Of a DNA stretch of 64,000 nt, positions 16,424 to 27,280 are shown one piece after another. The stretch spans positions 160,001 to 224,000 of the forward strand of contig CAVXGR010000011.1 in assembly GCA_963761335.1 (NCBI GenBank), given 5' to 3'. A program made the translations under genes and the position numbers. Position 1 is the stretch's first letter, and every line of letters starts with the position of its first letter. The notes under the pieces are model-generated. The model was not told the origin of the DNA. It saw only the letters and a program-made list of their open reading frames with translations, and made no database searches. The DNA comes from an uncultured delta proteobacterium (lineage in GTDB: Bacteria > Desulfobacterota > Binatia > HRBIN30 > BPIQ01).

Positions 16424-17968
16424 ATGGATGCACTGGACGTGCTGCTGGAGATTGCCGTCGATCTCACCCGGGGGCTGAGCACCGACGACCGTTATCAGCG
16501 ACTGATCGACGCCTGGCGGCGGGTGGTTCCCTTCGATGCGGCGGCGCTGTTGCGACTCGAAAACGCCTCGCTGGTACCGGTGGCGGCACGCGGCCTGAAG
16601 CCCGAGGCGCTGGCGCGGCGCTATCCGCTGCGTGAGAACCCGCGCCTGCAGATCATCTGCAACTCGGCGGCGCCGGTGCGCTTTCCGGAGGACTCGGGTC
16701 TGCCGGATCCCTTCGACGGTCTCCTCGAGGCGGATGCGACGGCGCTCGGGCACGTGCACGCCTGTCTCGGCTGTCCCCTGCGTCTCGGCGACGAGCTGGT
16801 CGGCGCGCTGACGGCGGACGCCCTGGCGCCGGCCGCCTTCGACGGCGTCGACCAGCGCTTCCTGATGGCGATGGCAGCGCTCGCCGGCGCGGCCATGCGG
16901 ACCTCCGGACTCATCGAGGCGCTGGAGCGCTCGGCGGCGCGCCAGGGCCTGATCGCGCGCGACCTCATGCGCGATCTGCAGCTGCGCCAGGGCAGCCAGC
17001 TTCTGGGCATCAGCCCGGCGATGGAACGGCTGCGGCAGGAGATCGATCTGGTGGCGCGCTCCGATTTTGCCGTGATGATCACCGGCGAGACCGGGGTCGG
17101 CAAGGAGCTGGTGGCGCGCGCCCTGCACGCCTCCTCGGCGCGGCGCGACGACCCGCTCATCTACGTCAACTGCGCGGCTCTGCCGGAGAGCCTGGCGGAG
17201 AGCGAGCTCTTCGGGCACGTGCGCGGCGCCTTCACCGGCGCCGTCGCCGACCGCGCCGGCAAGTTCGAGGTTGCCGACCGCGGCACCCTGCTCCTCGACG
17301 AGATCGGCGAGCTGCCGCTCACCGTGCAGCCAAAGCTGCTGCGCGCCCTGCAGGAGGGCGAGATCCAGCGCGTCGGCTCCGATGCGCCGCGCCAGGTCGA
17401 CGTACGGGTTCTCGCCGCCACCAATCGGGATATCGGAGCGGAGGTGAAGAGCGGCCGCTTTCGCGCCGATCTGTTTCACCGCCTCAACGTCTATCCACTA
17501 CAGGTACCGCCGCTGCGGCAACGCCCGGAGGACATCGCCATGTTAGCCGGCTACTTCTGCGACCTGGCCCGGCGGCGCCTGGGGCTCGGACCGGTGCGCC
17601 TCAGCCCGGAGGCGGTGGAGGCGCTGCGCGCCTACGACTGGCCGGGCAATGTGCGAGAGCTGGAGAACGTGCTCTCGCGGGTCACCCTGAAGGCCGCCGC
17701 CGGCATCCAGCGCGGCGACGGGGTGACAATCGAGGTCTCGGCTCTCGGCGCCGAGTTCGCCGGGGGTTCCAGCGCCGATCACCGGCCCCTGGTTGCCGAG
17801 ATACCCCGAGAGCGCCGTCCGCTGCGCCAGGCGACCGTCGACTTCCAGCGCGCCACCATCCGCCGGGCGCTGGCGGAGAACGACGGCAACTGGGCCGCCG
17901 CCGCCCGCGACCTCGGCATGCACCGCAGCAACCTCCACCACCTCGCCGCGCGACTGGGATTGCGGTAG
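16424..17968 (+). CDS. norR: NO-sensing sigma54 activator NorR (GAF-AAA+-HTH)
   Basis: GAF iron-ligand motifs [18 protein letters not shown] and [20 protein letters not shown]; Fis-type HTH. Confidence 0.93.
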   Translation: MDALDVLLEIAVDLTRGLSTDDRYQRLIDAWRRVVPFDAAALLRLENASLVPVAARGLKPEALARRYPLRENPRLQIICNSAAPVRFPEDSGLPDPFDGLLEADATALGHVHACLGCPLRLGDELVGALTADALAPAAFDGVDQRFLMAMAALAGAAMRTSGLIEALERSAARQGLIARDLMRDLQLRQGSQLLGISPAMERLRQEIDLVARSDFAVMITGETGVGKELVARALHASSARRDDPLIYVNCAALPESLAESELFGHVRGAFTGAVADRAGKFEVADRGTLLLDEIGELPLTVQPKLLRALQEGEIQRVGSDAPRQVDVRVLAATNRDIGAEVKSGRFRADLFHRLNVYPLQVPPLRQRPEDIAMLAGYFCDLARRRLGLGPVRLSPEAVEALRAYDWPGNVRELENVLSRVTLKAAAGIQRGDGVTIEVSALGAEFAGGSSADHRPLVAEIPRERRPLRQATVDFQRATIRRALAENDGNWAAAARDLGMHRSNLHHLAARLGLR

Positions 17969-17997
17969 CGGGTTTACGGGTCGAGCCCGTAAACCCG
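17969..17997. terminator. Hairpin between convergent norR and ric
   Basis: CGGGTTTACGGG-TCGAG-CCCGTAAACCCG, a 12-bp perfect stem. Confidence 0.7.
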
Positions 17998-18006
17998 AGT
18001 ACCAGG

Positions 18007-18663
18007 CTACGCCGCCAGAACCGTGGGGAAGAGGACGTTGTTCTCCAAATGGATGTGCTCCATCAGCTCGAGCTCCAGAGCCAGGAGCCCGTCGTAGAGC
18101 GCTCGCCAGCTGGTACAGGCTTCCGCCGGAAGAGTCAGATCGCCGGTCAGCTCCCGCACCCGCTGCAGATTCTCGGCGTGGTCGCGGTGCTCCTGGATCA
18201 TCACCTGCACCGGCATGTGCGCCAGGTGGCCTCTCCCCGAGCGGATCATCGGGAACAGAATCATCTCCTCCTTGGCGAGATGGCTGGAGACCTCCTCCTG
18301 CATGTTCTCCAGGTGCCGGGCGAGCCCGACGGGACACGACGCCTTCTCGGCGTGGACGCGCTCTACCTTGCGGGCCAGCTCGAGCAGCCGCGGCAGCTCC
18401 TCGCGCAGCGGCTCGTGGTAGCGGCGAACGATGAAGTCGACCATCTCCTCGGGCGGCAGCCGGTTCGCCGCCACGCCCTTCGCCGGCTCGTCAAGGCTCT
18501 CGATCTCCGCAACCAAGGTGCCGGCGTCGAGGCCGCGGCGCTCACACGCCTCCGCCAGAGTGCGCTGCCCGCCGCAGCAGAAATCGAGACGGTGGCGGTG
18601 AAAGATCCGCGCCGCCTGCGGATGCGTGGTGACCAGATCTGCGAGCGTGCTGTTCAGTTCCAT
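18007..18663 (-). CDS. ric: Iron-sulfur cluster repair di-iron protein (Ric/YtfE/ScdA)
   Basis: DFCCGG, YHEPLR, HLAKEE and HIHLENNVLF motifs; GGAGGG RBS. Confidence 0.93.
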   Translation of the reverse strand: MELNSTLADLVTTHPQAARIFHRHRLDFCCGGQRTLAEACERRGLDAGTLVAEIESLDEPAKGVAANRLPPEEMVDFIVRRYHEPLREELPRLLELARKVERVHAEKASCPVGLARHLENMQEEVSSHLAKEEMILFPMIRSGRGHLAHMPVQVMIQEHRDHAENLQRVRELTGDLTLPAEACTSWRALYDGLLALELELMEHIHLENNVLFPTVLAA

Positions 18664-18734
18664 ATCAGAGTCCCTCCGGGTGTCATCGGCGGCAGGCCTG
18701 ACCTCCCCGCCGCGTCGTTTGATAGCAGAGTCAA

Positions 18735-18850
18735 TCAAGCGCCGTGCCGGCGACGATGGCGGCAGGCAGTCACCGATACCCGGAGCCAGTTGCGATTTCA
18801 GCAACAGACAATCGTTACGAGAGAGGCAACAATGCTGTGATTATTGCAAC
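18735..18850 (-). promoter_or_regulatory. Sigma54-type promoter plus three putative NorR enhancer sites for ric
   Basis: CCGGCACGGCGCTTGA (-24/-12 with a TTGA variant) at 18735-18750. Sites GTTGC-N7-GCAAC (18789), GTTAC-N7-GCAAC (18814), GCTGT-N7-GCAAC (18834). Confidence 0.68.
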
Positions 18851-18903
18851 CGACAAGTGTCCCCCGCCACGACATCTTCCCGGCGTCCGGTGCCCGCGCC
18901 ACC

Positions 18904-20850
18904 TCACTCGATCTCGTACACCTGCCCCAGGGGCACCTCGATCTTCTCTCCGGCGTTCGCGGTGTAGGTCTCTGTCTGCGGTGCGAGGAAGCGGGGCGTG
19001 AAGGCGGCGAACTCCGGGGCGGCGCCGCGAGTCATGTAGAGGCGGAAGGCGGCGAACTGGAGCATGGGCGGCAGGTACGTCGGGGCGCCGTTCGCCTCGA
19101 TGCGGACGAAGCGGTGCACGTCGCCACCGCGGCGGCGGAGGACGCCGGCGATTTCCTCGGCGGGGTTGGTGAGCACCAGATAGCGCGCCCGGTGGCGGCG
19201 CAGCGCCGCGGCCAGCTCGTCCGCCGTCTTCGCCAGCCACACCTGCGCCAGGGTGTCCTCGACGCTGCTGTCGGTCTCGTAGTTGAAGGGATCGACGATC
19301 ACCGGGCGATCGCCGAGGATGTGGATCTGGTGGCCGATGTTCCACGGCGTGAAGACGCCGTAGGCCGGCTCTGCACCTGCGGTGCGCGGGCTCGGCGTCG
19401 AGGTCTTCAGCCAGTCTGCCAGCTCCTCGACCACAGCGAGATTGCCACAGGCCTGAGCGTGCCGCGCGGCGCGGTGCAGCACGTCGCCGCGCGCAAAGAC
19501 CGCGCCGATCACCAGCACCGCGACGACGGCGGCGGCGCTCGACAGAGCGGTCCGCCCCGCGGGCGCGCGCCGCCGCAGCCAATCGACCGACTCCCAGGCG
19601 GCCGCAACCACCGCCAGCATCTGCAGAGACGAGAGGACGTAGAGATGGCGGTACTCGAGACAGCCGAGGGCGACGGCGAGCAGCAGGGCCATCCACCCGA
19701 ACCAGAGCCGCGGGCGGCGGCGCGAGCGAAGCGCCTGCAGCAGCACCGCGGCAATGACGAACCCGGCGGCGACCACGATCCAGTACCAGGGGGGCGTGGC
19801 GCCGAGACCGCGGGAGAAGACGGAGGCCTCCTCGGCGACGAACATCCGCCCGCTGCGCGTCAGCCGCGACGCGATCGTCATCAGCGAGCCGGTGGCAGCG
19901 AAGAACGCCGCGCCGGCCAGCCCCACCAGCGCCAGCATCCCAAGCGCCCGCCGCGGCACAGGGCGCACCAGCGGCGCGCTCTTCCACGACGCCAGCACCG
20001 CCCCCAGACCGATCCCCCAGAGCGCCAGCCAGGAAGGCTGAAAGAGAGTCGGATCGGTCCAGCTGAAGCTCGTTGTCGGCAGAGGCGCGGTCTCCAGCGA
20101 TCGCTGCAGTACCCACACACCGAGGGCGATCGCGGCGGGGGAGGCATACCAGAACCACTCCGCGGTGCCGCTCGCTGCTTCCCCCTCCGCGGCCTGCGGT
20201 CGAAGAGCGAGCCCGGCGGCATCGGCGCAGAAGGCGACGCCCACCAGCGCCGACACGTAGATGATCGACTCCGGCGTCATCGCCAGCAGCGACACCAACC
20301 CGGCGGCCCACAGGGCGCGGCGACCTGCCAGCCGCCCCCAGACCAGCAGGAGCACACCGAGATGGGCGAAGAGATGATGGTCGATGACGCCGAAGAAGAA
20401 GGGCCGCGTGGTCTCCACGCTCAGCGCGCAGAGAATACCCACGGCGAGGACAAAGGGCAGACTTCGCCGAAAGCACGCCGCCACCGCCATCGCCGCGGCG
20501 ACGGCGAGAACCCCGAGCAACGGCGGGATCCAGGAGAGAAAGGCAACCAGGCCCGTGCGGTCGGCGGCACCAATGCCGGCCAACCGCGCCAGCGTGGCGT
20601 AGAAGACGGAGTGCAGCGCCAGCCAGTGCACGCGATAGCCGGCCGGATAATGCGAGAACGGATCGACAGATGGCACCCGGGGATAATCGGCCAGGCACTC
20701 CTGCACGCGGTAGAGCTGGTAGAGCGAATCGTTCTCGCAGAGCATGTAGCGCCACTCGCGGGGCGCCACCGGCATCCGCCAGAGAAAGGCGAGCGCCAGG
20801 ACGAAGGCAAACGGCGCGGCGATCAGCAGCCGAGTCGGGCGCCGGGACAA
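18904..20850 (-). CDS. STT3/AglB/PglB-like oligosaccharyltransferase (GT-C)
   Basis: ENDSLY...DPFSHYPAG..HW, IDHH and VAEE motifs; about 13 TM; YGVFTPWNIGH..RPVIVDPF in place of the WWDYG region. Confidence 0.75.
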   Translation of the reverse strand: MSRRPTRLLIAAPFAFVLALAFLWRMPVAPREWRYMLCENDSLYQLYRVQECLADYPRVPSVDPFSHYPAGYRVHWLALHSVFYATLARLAGIGAADRTGLVAFLSWIPPLLGVLAVAAAMAVAACFRRSLPFVLAVGILCALSVETTRPFFFGVIDHHLFAHLGVLLLVWGRLAGRRALWAAGLVSLLAMTPESIIYVSALVGVAFCADAAGLALRPQAAEGEAASGTAEWFWYASPAAIALGVWVLQRSLETAPLPTTSFSWTDPTLFQPSWLALWGIGLGAVLASWKSAPLVRPVPRRALGMLALVGLAGAAFFAATGSLMTIASRLTRSGRMFVAEEASVFSRGLGATPPWYWIVVAAGFVIAAVLLQALRSRRRPRLWFGWMALLLAVALGCLEYRHLYVLSSLQMLAVVAAAWESVDWLRRRAPAGRTALSSAAAVVAVLVIGAVFARGDVLHRAARHAQACGNLAVVEELADWLKTSTPSPRTAGAEPAYGVFTPWNIGHQIHILGDRPVIVDPFNYETDSSVEDTLAQVWLAKTADELAAALRRHRARYLVLTNPAEEIAGVLRRRGGDVHRFVRIEANGAPTYLPPMLQFAAFRLYMTRGAAPEFAAFTPRFLAPQTETYTANAGEKIEVPLGQVYEIE

Positions 20851-20853
20851 ATG

Positions 20854-22560
20854 CTACGCCTGCTCCGCCTTCTCGATCTTCGCCCAGGTGTCGCGCAGAC
20901 CGACGGTGCGATTGAACACCGGCCGCTCCGGGGCCGAGTCCGGATCGACGCAGAAATACCCCTGGCGCTCGAACTGATAGCGGTTGCCCGGGGCGGCTCC
21001 GGCGAGCGACGGCTCGAGCTTGCACGGGGTGAGCACCTCGAGCGAGCCCGGATTCAGGTAGTCGGTGAACTGCTCGCCCTCGGCGGTATTCTCGGGATCG
21101 GCGCGACTGAAGAGATGGTCGTAGAGCCGCACCTCACCGTCGACGGCGTGCGCCGCCGACACCCAGTGCAGGGTCGCCTTCACCTTGCGGCCGTCCTTCG
21201 ATCCGCCGCCGCGCGTCTCCGGGTCCCAGGTGCAGCGCAGCTCCACAACCTCGCCGCTGCTCTCGTCCTTCACCACTCCGGTGCAGGTGATGTAGCACGC
21301 GTAGCGCAGCCGCACCTCGCGGCCGGGGGCCAGCCGGAAGAACTTCTTCGGCGGATCCTCGCGGAAGTCGTCGCGCTCGATGAAGAGCTCGCGCGTGAAG
21401 GGCACCTTGCGCGTGCCCATGCTCTCGTCCTCGGGATTGTTCACCGCGTCGAACTCCTCGACGGCATCCTCGGGGAAGTTCTCGATGACCACGCGCAGCG
21501 GCCGCAGCACCGCCATCACCCGGGGGGCGCGGCGGTTCAGGTCCTCGCGGACGGCGTGCTCCAGCATGGCGACGTCGACGACACTGTCGCGCTTGGCGAC
21601 GCCGATCATGTCGCAGAAGTTGCGCATCGACTTCGGCGTGTAGCCGCGCCGGCGCAGGCCGGAGATCGTCGGCATGCGCGGATCGTCCCAACCGCGCACG
21701 TGGCCCTCGTTCACCAGCGACAGGAGTCGCCGCTTGCTGAGCACGGTATAGGTGAGATTCAAGCGGGCAAACTCGATCTGCTGCGGATGATGCACCCCGA
21801 GCTCGTCGAGAAACCAGTCGTAGAGAGGGCGGTGGTCCTCGAACTCCAACGTGCACAGCGAGTGCGTGATCCCCTCGACCGAGTCGGAGAGGCAATGGGC
21901 GAAGTCGTACATCGGGTAGATGCACCACGCATCTCCGGTGCGGTGATGCGGCACCCGGCGGATGCGGTAGATGGTGGGATCGCGCATGTTGAGGTTGGGC
22001 GATGCCATGTCGATCTTGGCGCGCAGCACGTGCGTGCCGTCGGCGAACTCACCGGCGCGCATGCGCTCGAGCAGGTCGAGGCTCTCCTCGGCCGAGCGCC
22101 CGCGGTAGGGGCTCTCGCGGCCGGGCTCGGTGAGCGTGCCGCGGTACTCGCGGATCTGCTCGGCGCTCAGGCTGTCGACGTAGGCCTTGCCTTCGCGCAC
22201 CAGGCGCGCGCCGCATTCGTAGAGATACTCGAAGTAGTCCGAGGCGTAGTACAGGCGATCGGCCCAATCGAAGCCGAGCCAGCGGACGTCCTCCTGGATG
22301 GCCTCGACGTACTCGATGTCCTCCTTGATCGGGTTGGTGTCGTCCATGCGCAGGTTGCAGATACCGCCGTTCTCGGCGGCCACCCCGAAGTTCAGGCAGA
22401 TCGATTTCGCGTGCCCGATGTGCAGGTAGCCGTTGGGCTCCGGCGGAAAACGCGTCACCACGCGGCCGCCGTACTTGTCGGTCTCCAGGTCGCGCGCCAC
22501 GATGGCGCGGATGAAATCGGTGCCGCTCTCCTCGGGCCGGGTCTCGCTCTTCTCCGCCAT
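20854..22560 (-). CDS. glnS: Glutamine--tRNA ligase
   Basis: [30 protein letters not shown] and QFERQGYF motifs. Confidence 0.97.
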   Translation of the reverse strand: MAEKSETRPEESGTDFIRAIVARDLETDKYGGRVVTRFPPEPNGYLHIGHAKSICLNFGVAAENGGICNLRMDDTNPIKEDIEYVEAIQEDVRWLGFDWADRLYYASDYFEYLYECGARLVREGKAYVDSLSAEQIREYRGTLTEPGRESPYRGRSAEESLDLLERMRAGEFADGTHVLRAKIDMASPNLNMRDPTIYRIRRVPHHRTGDAWCIYPMYDFAHCLSDSVEGITHSLCTLEFEDHRPLYDWFLDELGVHHPQQIEFARLNLTYTVLSKRRLLSLVNEGHVRGWDDPRMPTISGLRRRGYTPKSMRNFCDMIGVAKRDSVVDVAMLEHAVREDLNRRAPRVMAVLRPLRVVIENFPEDAVEEFDAVNNPEDESMGTRKVPFTRELFIERDDFREDPPKKFFRLAPGREVRLRYACYITCTGVVKDESSGEVVELRCTWDPETRGGGSKDGRKVKATLHWVSAAHAVDGEVRLYDHLFSRADPENTAEGEQFTDYLNPGSLEVLTPCKLEPSLAGAAPGNRYQFERQGYFCVDPDSAPERPVFNRTVGLRDTWAKIEKAEQA

Positions 22561-22667
22561 GCTCATCGTCCCTTGTGGCAGGCGTAGCGCGCGGGTCAAG
22601 ACCCGCGACCCCCGTGGCACCCGCGGCGGCGCTGGGCTAGAAGCTCGGCTGCGGGCAGAACACAGAA

Positions 22668-23639
22668 GTGGCGCACGGGACAGAGCGGCGATGGTCGCCG
22701 GCAGAGGAGCGGCTGGGGCTGCTGTTCGCAGGCCTCTGCGCCCTGAACGGCGCCTTCGTTCCCGCCTTTGCCAAGCTCACCACGGATCGCGCCGACGCTC
22801 TCCTGGTGGCCACCGCCACCACGGTCTTCGGCGGCATCTTCGCCGGCGCGGTGCTCGGCTGGCGGAACGAGCTGCGACTGCTGGGCCGCCCCGACATCCG
22901 CTGGCGCCTGCTCGCGGTGGGCGCTCTGGGCACGGCGCTCGCCTTCGTGCTCTTCTATTCCGGCACGCAGAGGTCGACCGCAATCGAAGCCGTTCTCTGC
23001 CTGCAGATCGAGCCGGCCTACTCCCTCCTCCTCGCCTGGATGTTCCTCGGCCACCGGCCCGATCGCCGGCGCATCGGCGCCACCGCTCTCTTGCTCTCCG
23101 GCATCCTGCTCGCCGTCGGCACGCACGGCATCGCCGCATCTCCGGGTGTGTGGCTGTTGCTGGCGACGCCCATCTGCTGGCAGGCATCGCACCTCCTCGT
23201 CCTCCGCGGCCTGCCCGGCATTCGACCCGCCGTGCTCACCGGGGCCCGCTACGTGCAGGGCGGTCTGCTGCTGGTGCTCTACTGGCTCGCCAGCGGCGGA
23301 GCGGCGCGGCTGCCGCCGGCCACCGACCTGTACACGCTGTTGCCGCTACTGGCGCTGCAGGGAGTGGTGCTCAGCTACGGAGGGACGCTGCTCTGGTACT
23401 CGGCGATCACCCGGCTCGACCTGGCGCGCACGACGGCCATCGTGGTGCCCTCGATCCCGCTGCTGTCCTTCGCCGCCAGCTTCGCGCTGCTCGGCGAGGT
23501 TCCCGTAGCGCGCCAGTGGGCGGGACTGCTGCTCACCGCGGTCGGCGTGCTCGCCTTCGTCACCGCCCCGGACGCCGCCGAGCGCTCCGAGCGCATCCCC
23601 GGCCCGGCGGCCCCGGTCATGGCGGTCGAGGACGAGTAG
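22668..23639 (+). CDS. DMT/EamA family transporter
   Basis: About 10 TM in two EamA-like halves. Confidence 0.8.
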   Translation: MAHGTERRWSPAEERLGLLFAGLCALNGAFVPAFAKLTTDRADALLVATATTVFGGIFAGAVLGWRNELRLLGRPDIRWRLLAVGALGTALAFVLFYSGTQRSTAIEAVLCLQIEPAYSLLLAWMFLGHRPDRRRIGATALLLSGILLAVGTHGIAASPGVWLLLATPICWQASHLLVLRGLPGIRPAVLTGARYVQGGLLLVLYWLASGGAARLPPATDLYTLLPLLALQGVVLSYGGTLLWYSAITRLDLARTTAIVVPSIPLLSFAASFALLGEVPVARQWAGLLLTAVGVLAFVTAPDAAERSERIPGPAAPVMAVEDE

Positions 23640-23707
23640 ATAATCGCCGGGGATTTCGGTTGCTTCTGCGGCGGGATCGGGGCTAGTGGACAGGCCGGAG
23701 GCTGGCC

Positions 23708-24154
23708 TTGGAGCAGGCGACGCACGAGGAACCGCGGCTGGCGGAGAGCGACGGCGACATCGAGGCTTGCTTTGCGGCGATCCGACAGCTGCGGCCACAT
23801 CTGCTCGCGGCCGACTTCGTCCCCCAGGTGCGGCGGCAAGAGCGCCAGGGATACCGCTTGGTGTCCCTCCGCTGCGGCGGACGCGTCGCCGGCGTCGCCG
23901 GCTTTCGTCTGGCGGAGAGCCTCGCGAACGGCCGCTTCCTCTACGTCGACGATCTGGTGACCGACGAAGCGCGCCGCTCCACCGGAGTCGGCGAGAGGAT
24001 CTTGCGCTGGATGTTCCAGTACGCCCGCGACAATCGCTGCGGGGCGGTGGTGCTCGACTCCGGCGTGCAGCGGTTTGCCGCACACCGCTTCTATTTTCGC
24101 CATGGCATGGAGGTCCGCGCCCACCACTTCGTCATCGAGCTCAGCGGGCGATGA
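23708..24154 (+). CDS. GNAT acetyltransferase
   Basis: LYVDDLVTDEARRSTGVG, LDSGVQRFAAHRFY. Confidence 0.9.
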   Translation: MEQATHEEPRLAESDGDIEACFAAIRQLRPHLLAADFVPQVRRQERQGYRLVSLRCGGRVAGVAGFRLAESLANGRFLYVDDLVTDEARRSTGVGERILRWMFQYARDNRCGAVVLDSGVQRFAAHRFYFRHGMEVRAHHFVIELSGR

Positions 24155-24173
24155 GCGCCGCCGAGGAACGGCT

Positions 24174-27100
24174 CTGACCGCCGCCGTCGCAGAGCCCACC
24201 CGCGCCACCGCGGCCGGAAGCGTCCCGGCGCCCGCCGCAGGCGCAACGAGATCCCGCTCCGGCGACGGCGCCCGACTGTTGCTGGTGATCGCCGCGGTCG
24301 CCGTCGGCGTTCTCGCCTACCACGATTACTTCCCCGAAAGGCTTCCCTGGTGGCGCTGGAGCGCCGAGCTGGGAATCGCCTGGCTTCTGCTGATCCTCGG
24401 CCTCGCGGAGCCCTCGCCAGCCGCCGAAAGCGCGGCGCGGCGCTGGCTGCGACGCGCCGCAGGGGTCGCGGCGTTGGTGGCGCTGGCAATCGCCCTCGAC
24501 TACGGGCAGCGCCTCGGCGACGAGGCAATCGCCGGGGCGGCGGCGGTCGCGGCCGTCGTTCTCTTTCTTCTCTGGCGCTGGGTCCCGTTCGATCCCGCCG
24601 ACGTGCGGGATCTCCTCGGCGAGCCGCCGGAGGCGCCCTACCCCGCGGCGCAGCCGCGCCCCCTCCATCTCGCCGGCGCCGCCCTCGCCGTGATCCTGGT
24701 CGCGATCGCGCCCATCTACACTGCGCACAGCCACCTGGGGGCCTTTCTTCTCTGGGTCGGCGGCATGGGTTTGTTCGCCGTCGCCGTCTGGCGCATGGAC
24801 CGCCCCTGCGAGCGGCGCGCCACGCCGCATTGGCTGACCAGCGGCGGCCCGCAGCTGTCGCCGGCCGCCGAGGCAATCGGCCTGCTCCTGGTGCTCGTCC
24901 TGGCGGCGGCGCTGCGCCTCATCCTGCTGGCCGACTATCCCTCCCTCATCGGCATCGACGAAGGTCTGCTGGGACGCCACGCCGAGAGCATCTGGAAAAC
25001 CGGCTTCCCCGATCCGTTCGGCATCGGCTGGAACAGCTTCGCGCATCTCGCCTACATGATCGGCTATCTCGGCGTGCAGCTGTTCGGCACCAGCAATCAC
25101 AGCCTGCGTCTGGTATCGGCGGTGATCGGCATTCTCAGCCTGGTCCCCTTCTTCTATTGGGTGCGGCGCTGGTGGGGAAATGTCATCGCCCTGTTGGCGG
25201 TCATCATCCTCACGATCAATCACGAGCACATCTATTGGAGCCGCATCTCCCTCAACAACATCGACCAGGTGTTGGTGGCGACGCTGATGCTCGCCGCCTT
25301 CGCGCGGCTGCTGCACACGCGGCGTCTGATCGACTGGGTGTGGTTCGGCTACGCCATGGGCCTCGGCTTCCACACCTATCACTCGGCCAAGCTCTATCCG
25401 GCGCTGATCGCCGGCGCCGCCCTCTTCTTCGCCATCGGCATCCGCGGCTTTCTACGCCGCTATGCCGCCGGCGCCCTGGTCGGCGCCATCGCCTTCCTGC
25501 TGTTCTTCGGGCCCCTCGTTCCCGAGATCACCCGACAGTGGCAGCGCTGGTACATCGACAACTCCGATCGCATGGACGTGCACGAGCTGGTCGACGCCTA
25601 CGATCACGGCGACGCGCACTTCGTGCGCGCCTACATCGATGGTCACTTCGGCTCGTCCATGCGCATGTTCATCAACGAGCCACCGCGGCTGGCGATCTTC
25701 TCTCCGGCGATGTGCGTGCCCTTTCTGCTCGGCGTCGGCTGGCTGCTCTGGCGATGGCGCGACCCGCGGCTGCTCATCTGCCTCGCCTGGGTCGGCGGCA
25801 TGCTTCTCCTGGGCAGTCTCACTTATGCGCCGCGGCTGACCCGACTGATCGGTATCCTGCCGGTGGTCTGTCTGCTGCCGGCGCTGATCGCGGGCCGCAC
25901 GCGGGCCCTGCTGTATCGCCTCTTCCCGCGCCGCGCCGACCTGATCGCCGTGCCGATCCTTCTCGTCTGGCTGTGCAGCGCCCTCTACGCCAGCTGGGAC
26001 GCCGAGTTCATCTATCGCGCCGCCGAGCGTCACGTGACCACCGGCATCTGCCGCCTGATCGACCGCACCGAATCCCCGGCCACCTTCTACACCGCCGGCG
26101 CCGACGGCAGCGAGGACCCACGCGTCGCCTCCAGCATCTGCATGATCGCCGCCGATCCCCTGCGCACGCTGGTGAACCTCGCCGACGACCCGCGCATCGT
26201 GCCGGTGCCACCCGCGAACCACGGCAAGGCCGTCCTCCTGTTGATGCCGTCGGCGCTCGACCTGTTGCCCTTCCTGCAGCACTACTATCCCGGCGTGGCA
26301 CCGGAGGCGTACATCGCCGGCGATCGCACCGAGATGTACTCGGTCACTATTCCCCCGGAGCAGCTCGACGCCAGTCGGGGTCTGCGCGCCGCCTTCGATT
26401 CCGGCGAGCGAAAATGGATGCCGGAGCGCGGCGTCGACGGGCTCGCCGTCGGCGATGCCGACGCCGTGTTCCCAGTACGGGCTCGTGCCCGCGGCCTGGT
26501 GTGGATCGAGTCCCCCGGCACCTACCGTTTTCGCGGCCGCGGTGGCGACGTCTGGCTCGACGAGAAACCAGCGGTCGCGGATGAAGCGCACATGCTCGCC
26601 GCCGGCTGGCACGAGATCGAGCTGCGCGCCACGCTGCAGAGTCGCCAGGAGCGCGCCTGGCTGGAATGGCAGCGCCCCGACGGCAACTGGGCGCCAATCC
26701 CCCGCGATTTCACCAGCACGCACCCCGAGGTGCACGGGCTCCTCGGCCGCTACTTCGGGCGCCCTCTGTCCGCTGCGGAGACTGCCCAAGCGACGCCGGA
26801 CTACGCCGAGATCGCTCCGCTGCTCGCCTTCGACTACCAGGCAAATGCCGACGACCCGCCGCCACCGGCTTACGCGGCAAAGCCGTCGACCATGGAGTGG
26901 AGCGGCAGCGTCGACCTGCCGGAGGGCGACGAGCAGGGGCTGCGCCTGGAAGCCACCTCGCCGACGGAGGTCTTCCTCGACGACCGCCTGGTGCTGGAGA
27001 GCTCCACTGTCGGTCCCTCGAAGCCGCTGGAGGTGGCGCTCAGCGGCTTGACCGGTCGCGTCGCCATCCGGGTCCGCAGCCTGCGCCCCGCCACCGACCC

Positions 27101-27191
27101 CACCATCCGCTGGCAAATGCGCCTCCTCTGGCGCACCGCCGGCGGCGGCTGGACGGCGTTCGCTCGTTATCACCCCGACGAGATGCACTGA
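24174..27191 (+). CDS. GT-C (PMT/ArnT-like) membrane glycosyltransferase with C-terminal PA14-like domains
   Basis: Multi-TM with IGIDEG, SLRLVSA and HIYWSR motifs; beta-rich tail (PGTYRF, GWHEIEL, HGLLGRYF, MEWSGSV). Start uncertain: in-frame CTG after a GAGG RBS. Confidence 0.72.
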   Translation: MTAAVAEPTRATAAGSVPAPAAGATRSRSGDGARLLLVIAAVAVGVLAYHDYFPERLPWWRWSAELGIAWLLLILGLAEPSPAAESAARRWLRRAAGVAALVALAIALDYGQRLGDEAIAGAAAVAAVVLFLLWRWVPFDPADVRDLLGEPPEAPYPAAQPRPLHLAGAALAVILVAIAPIYTAHSHLGAFLLWVGGMGLFAVAVWRMDRPCERRATPHWLTSGGPQLSPAAEAIGLLLVLVLAAALRLILLADYPSLIGIDEGLLGRHAESIWKTGFPDPFGIGWNSFAHLAYMIGYLGVQLFGTSNHSLRLVSAVIGILSLVPFFYWVRRWWGNVIALLAVIILTINHEHIYWSRISLNNIDQVLVATLMLAAFARLLHTRRLIDWVWFGYAMGLGFHTYHSAKLYPALIAGAALFFAIGIRGFLRRYAAGALVGAIAFLLFFGPLVPEITRQWQRWYIDNSDRMDVHELVDAYDHGDAHFVRAYIDGHFGSSMRMFINEPPRLAIFSPAMCVPFLLGVGWLLWRWRDPRLLICLAWVGGMLLLGSLTYAPRLTRLIGILPVVCLLPALIAGRTRALLYRLFPRRADLIAVPILLVWLCSALYASWDAEFIYRAAERHVTTGICRLIDRTESPATFYTAGADGSEDPRVASSICMIAADPLRTLVNLADDPRIVPVPPANHGKAVLLLMPSALDLLPFLQHYYPGVAPEAYIAGDRTEMYSVTIPPEQLDASRGLRAAFDSGERKWMPERGVDGLAVGDADAVFPVRARARGLVWIESPGTYRFRGRGGDVWLDEKPAVADEAHMLAAGWHEIELRATLQSRQERAWLEWQRPDGNWAPIPRDFTSTHPEVHGLLGRYFGRPLSAAETAQATPDYAEIAPLLAFDYQANADDPPPPAYAAKPSTMEWSGSVDLPEGDEQGLRLEATSPTEVFLDDRLVLESSTVGPSKPLEVALSGLTGRVAIRVRSLRPATDPTIRWQMRLLWRTAGGGWTAFARYHPDEMH

Positions 27192-27192
27192 G

Positions 27193-27224
27193 CCGCTCGA
27201 CCAAACTCCGCTCGACCAAACTCC
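27193..27224. repeat. 15-bp tandem repeat (2 copies plus a degenerate third)
   Basis: CCGCTCGACCAAACT twice. Confidence 0.7.
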
Positions 27225-27280
27225 TGGACACACTCCGCGTCCTGTGCGACGCTCTTCTTTTTCGAGCGAAAGGGGAGAAC

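Noticed and set aside
18844..22587. 1247-aa plus-strand ORF, and similar long ORFs at 58-1863, 42845-46183 and 56418-58697
   Set aside because: Antisense shadows of real high-GC genes; no recognisable motifs.
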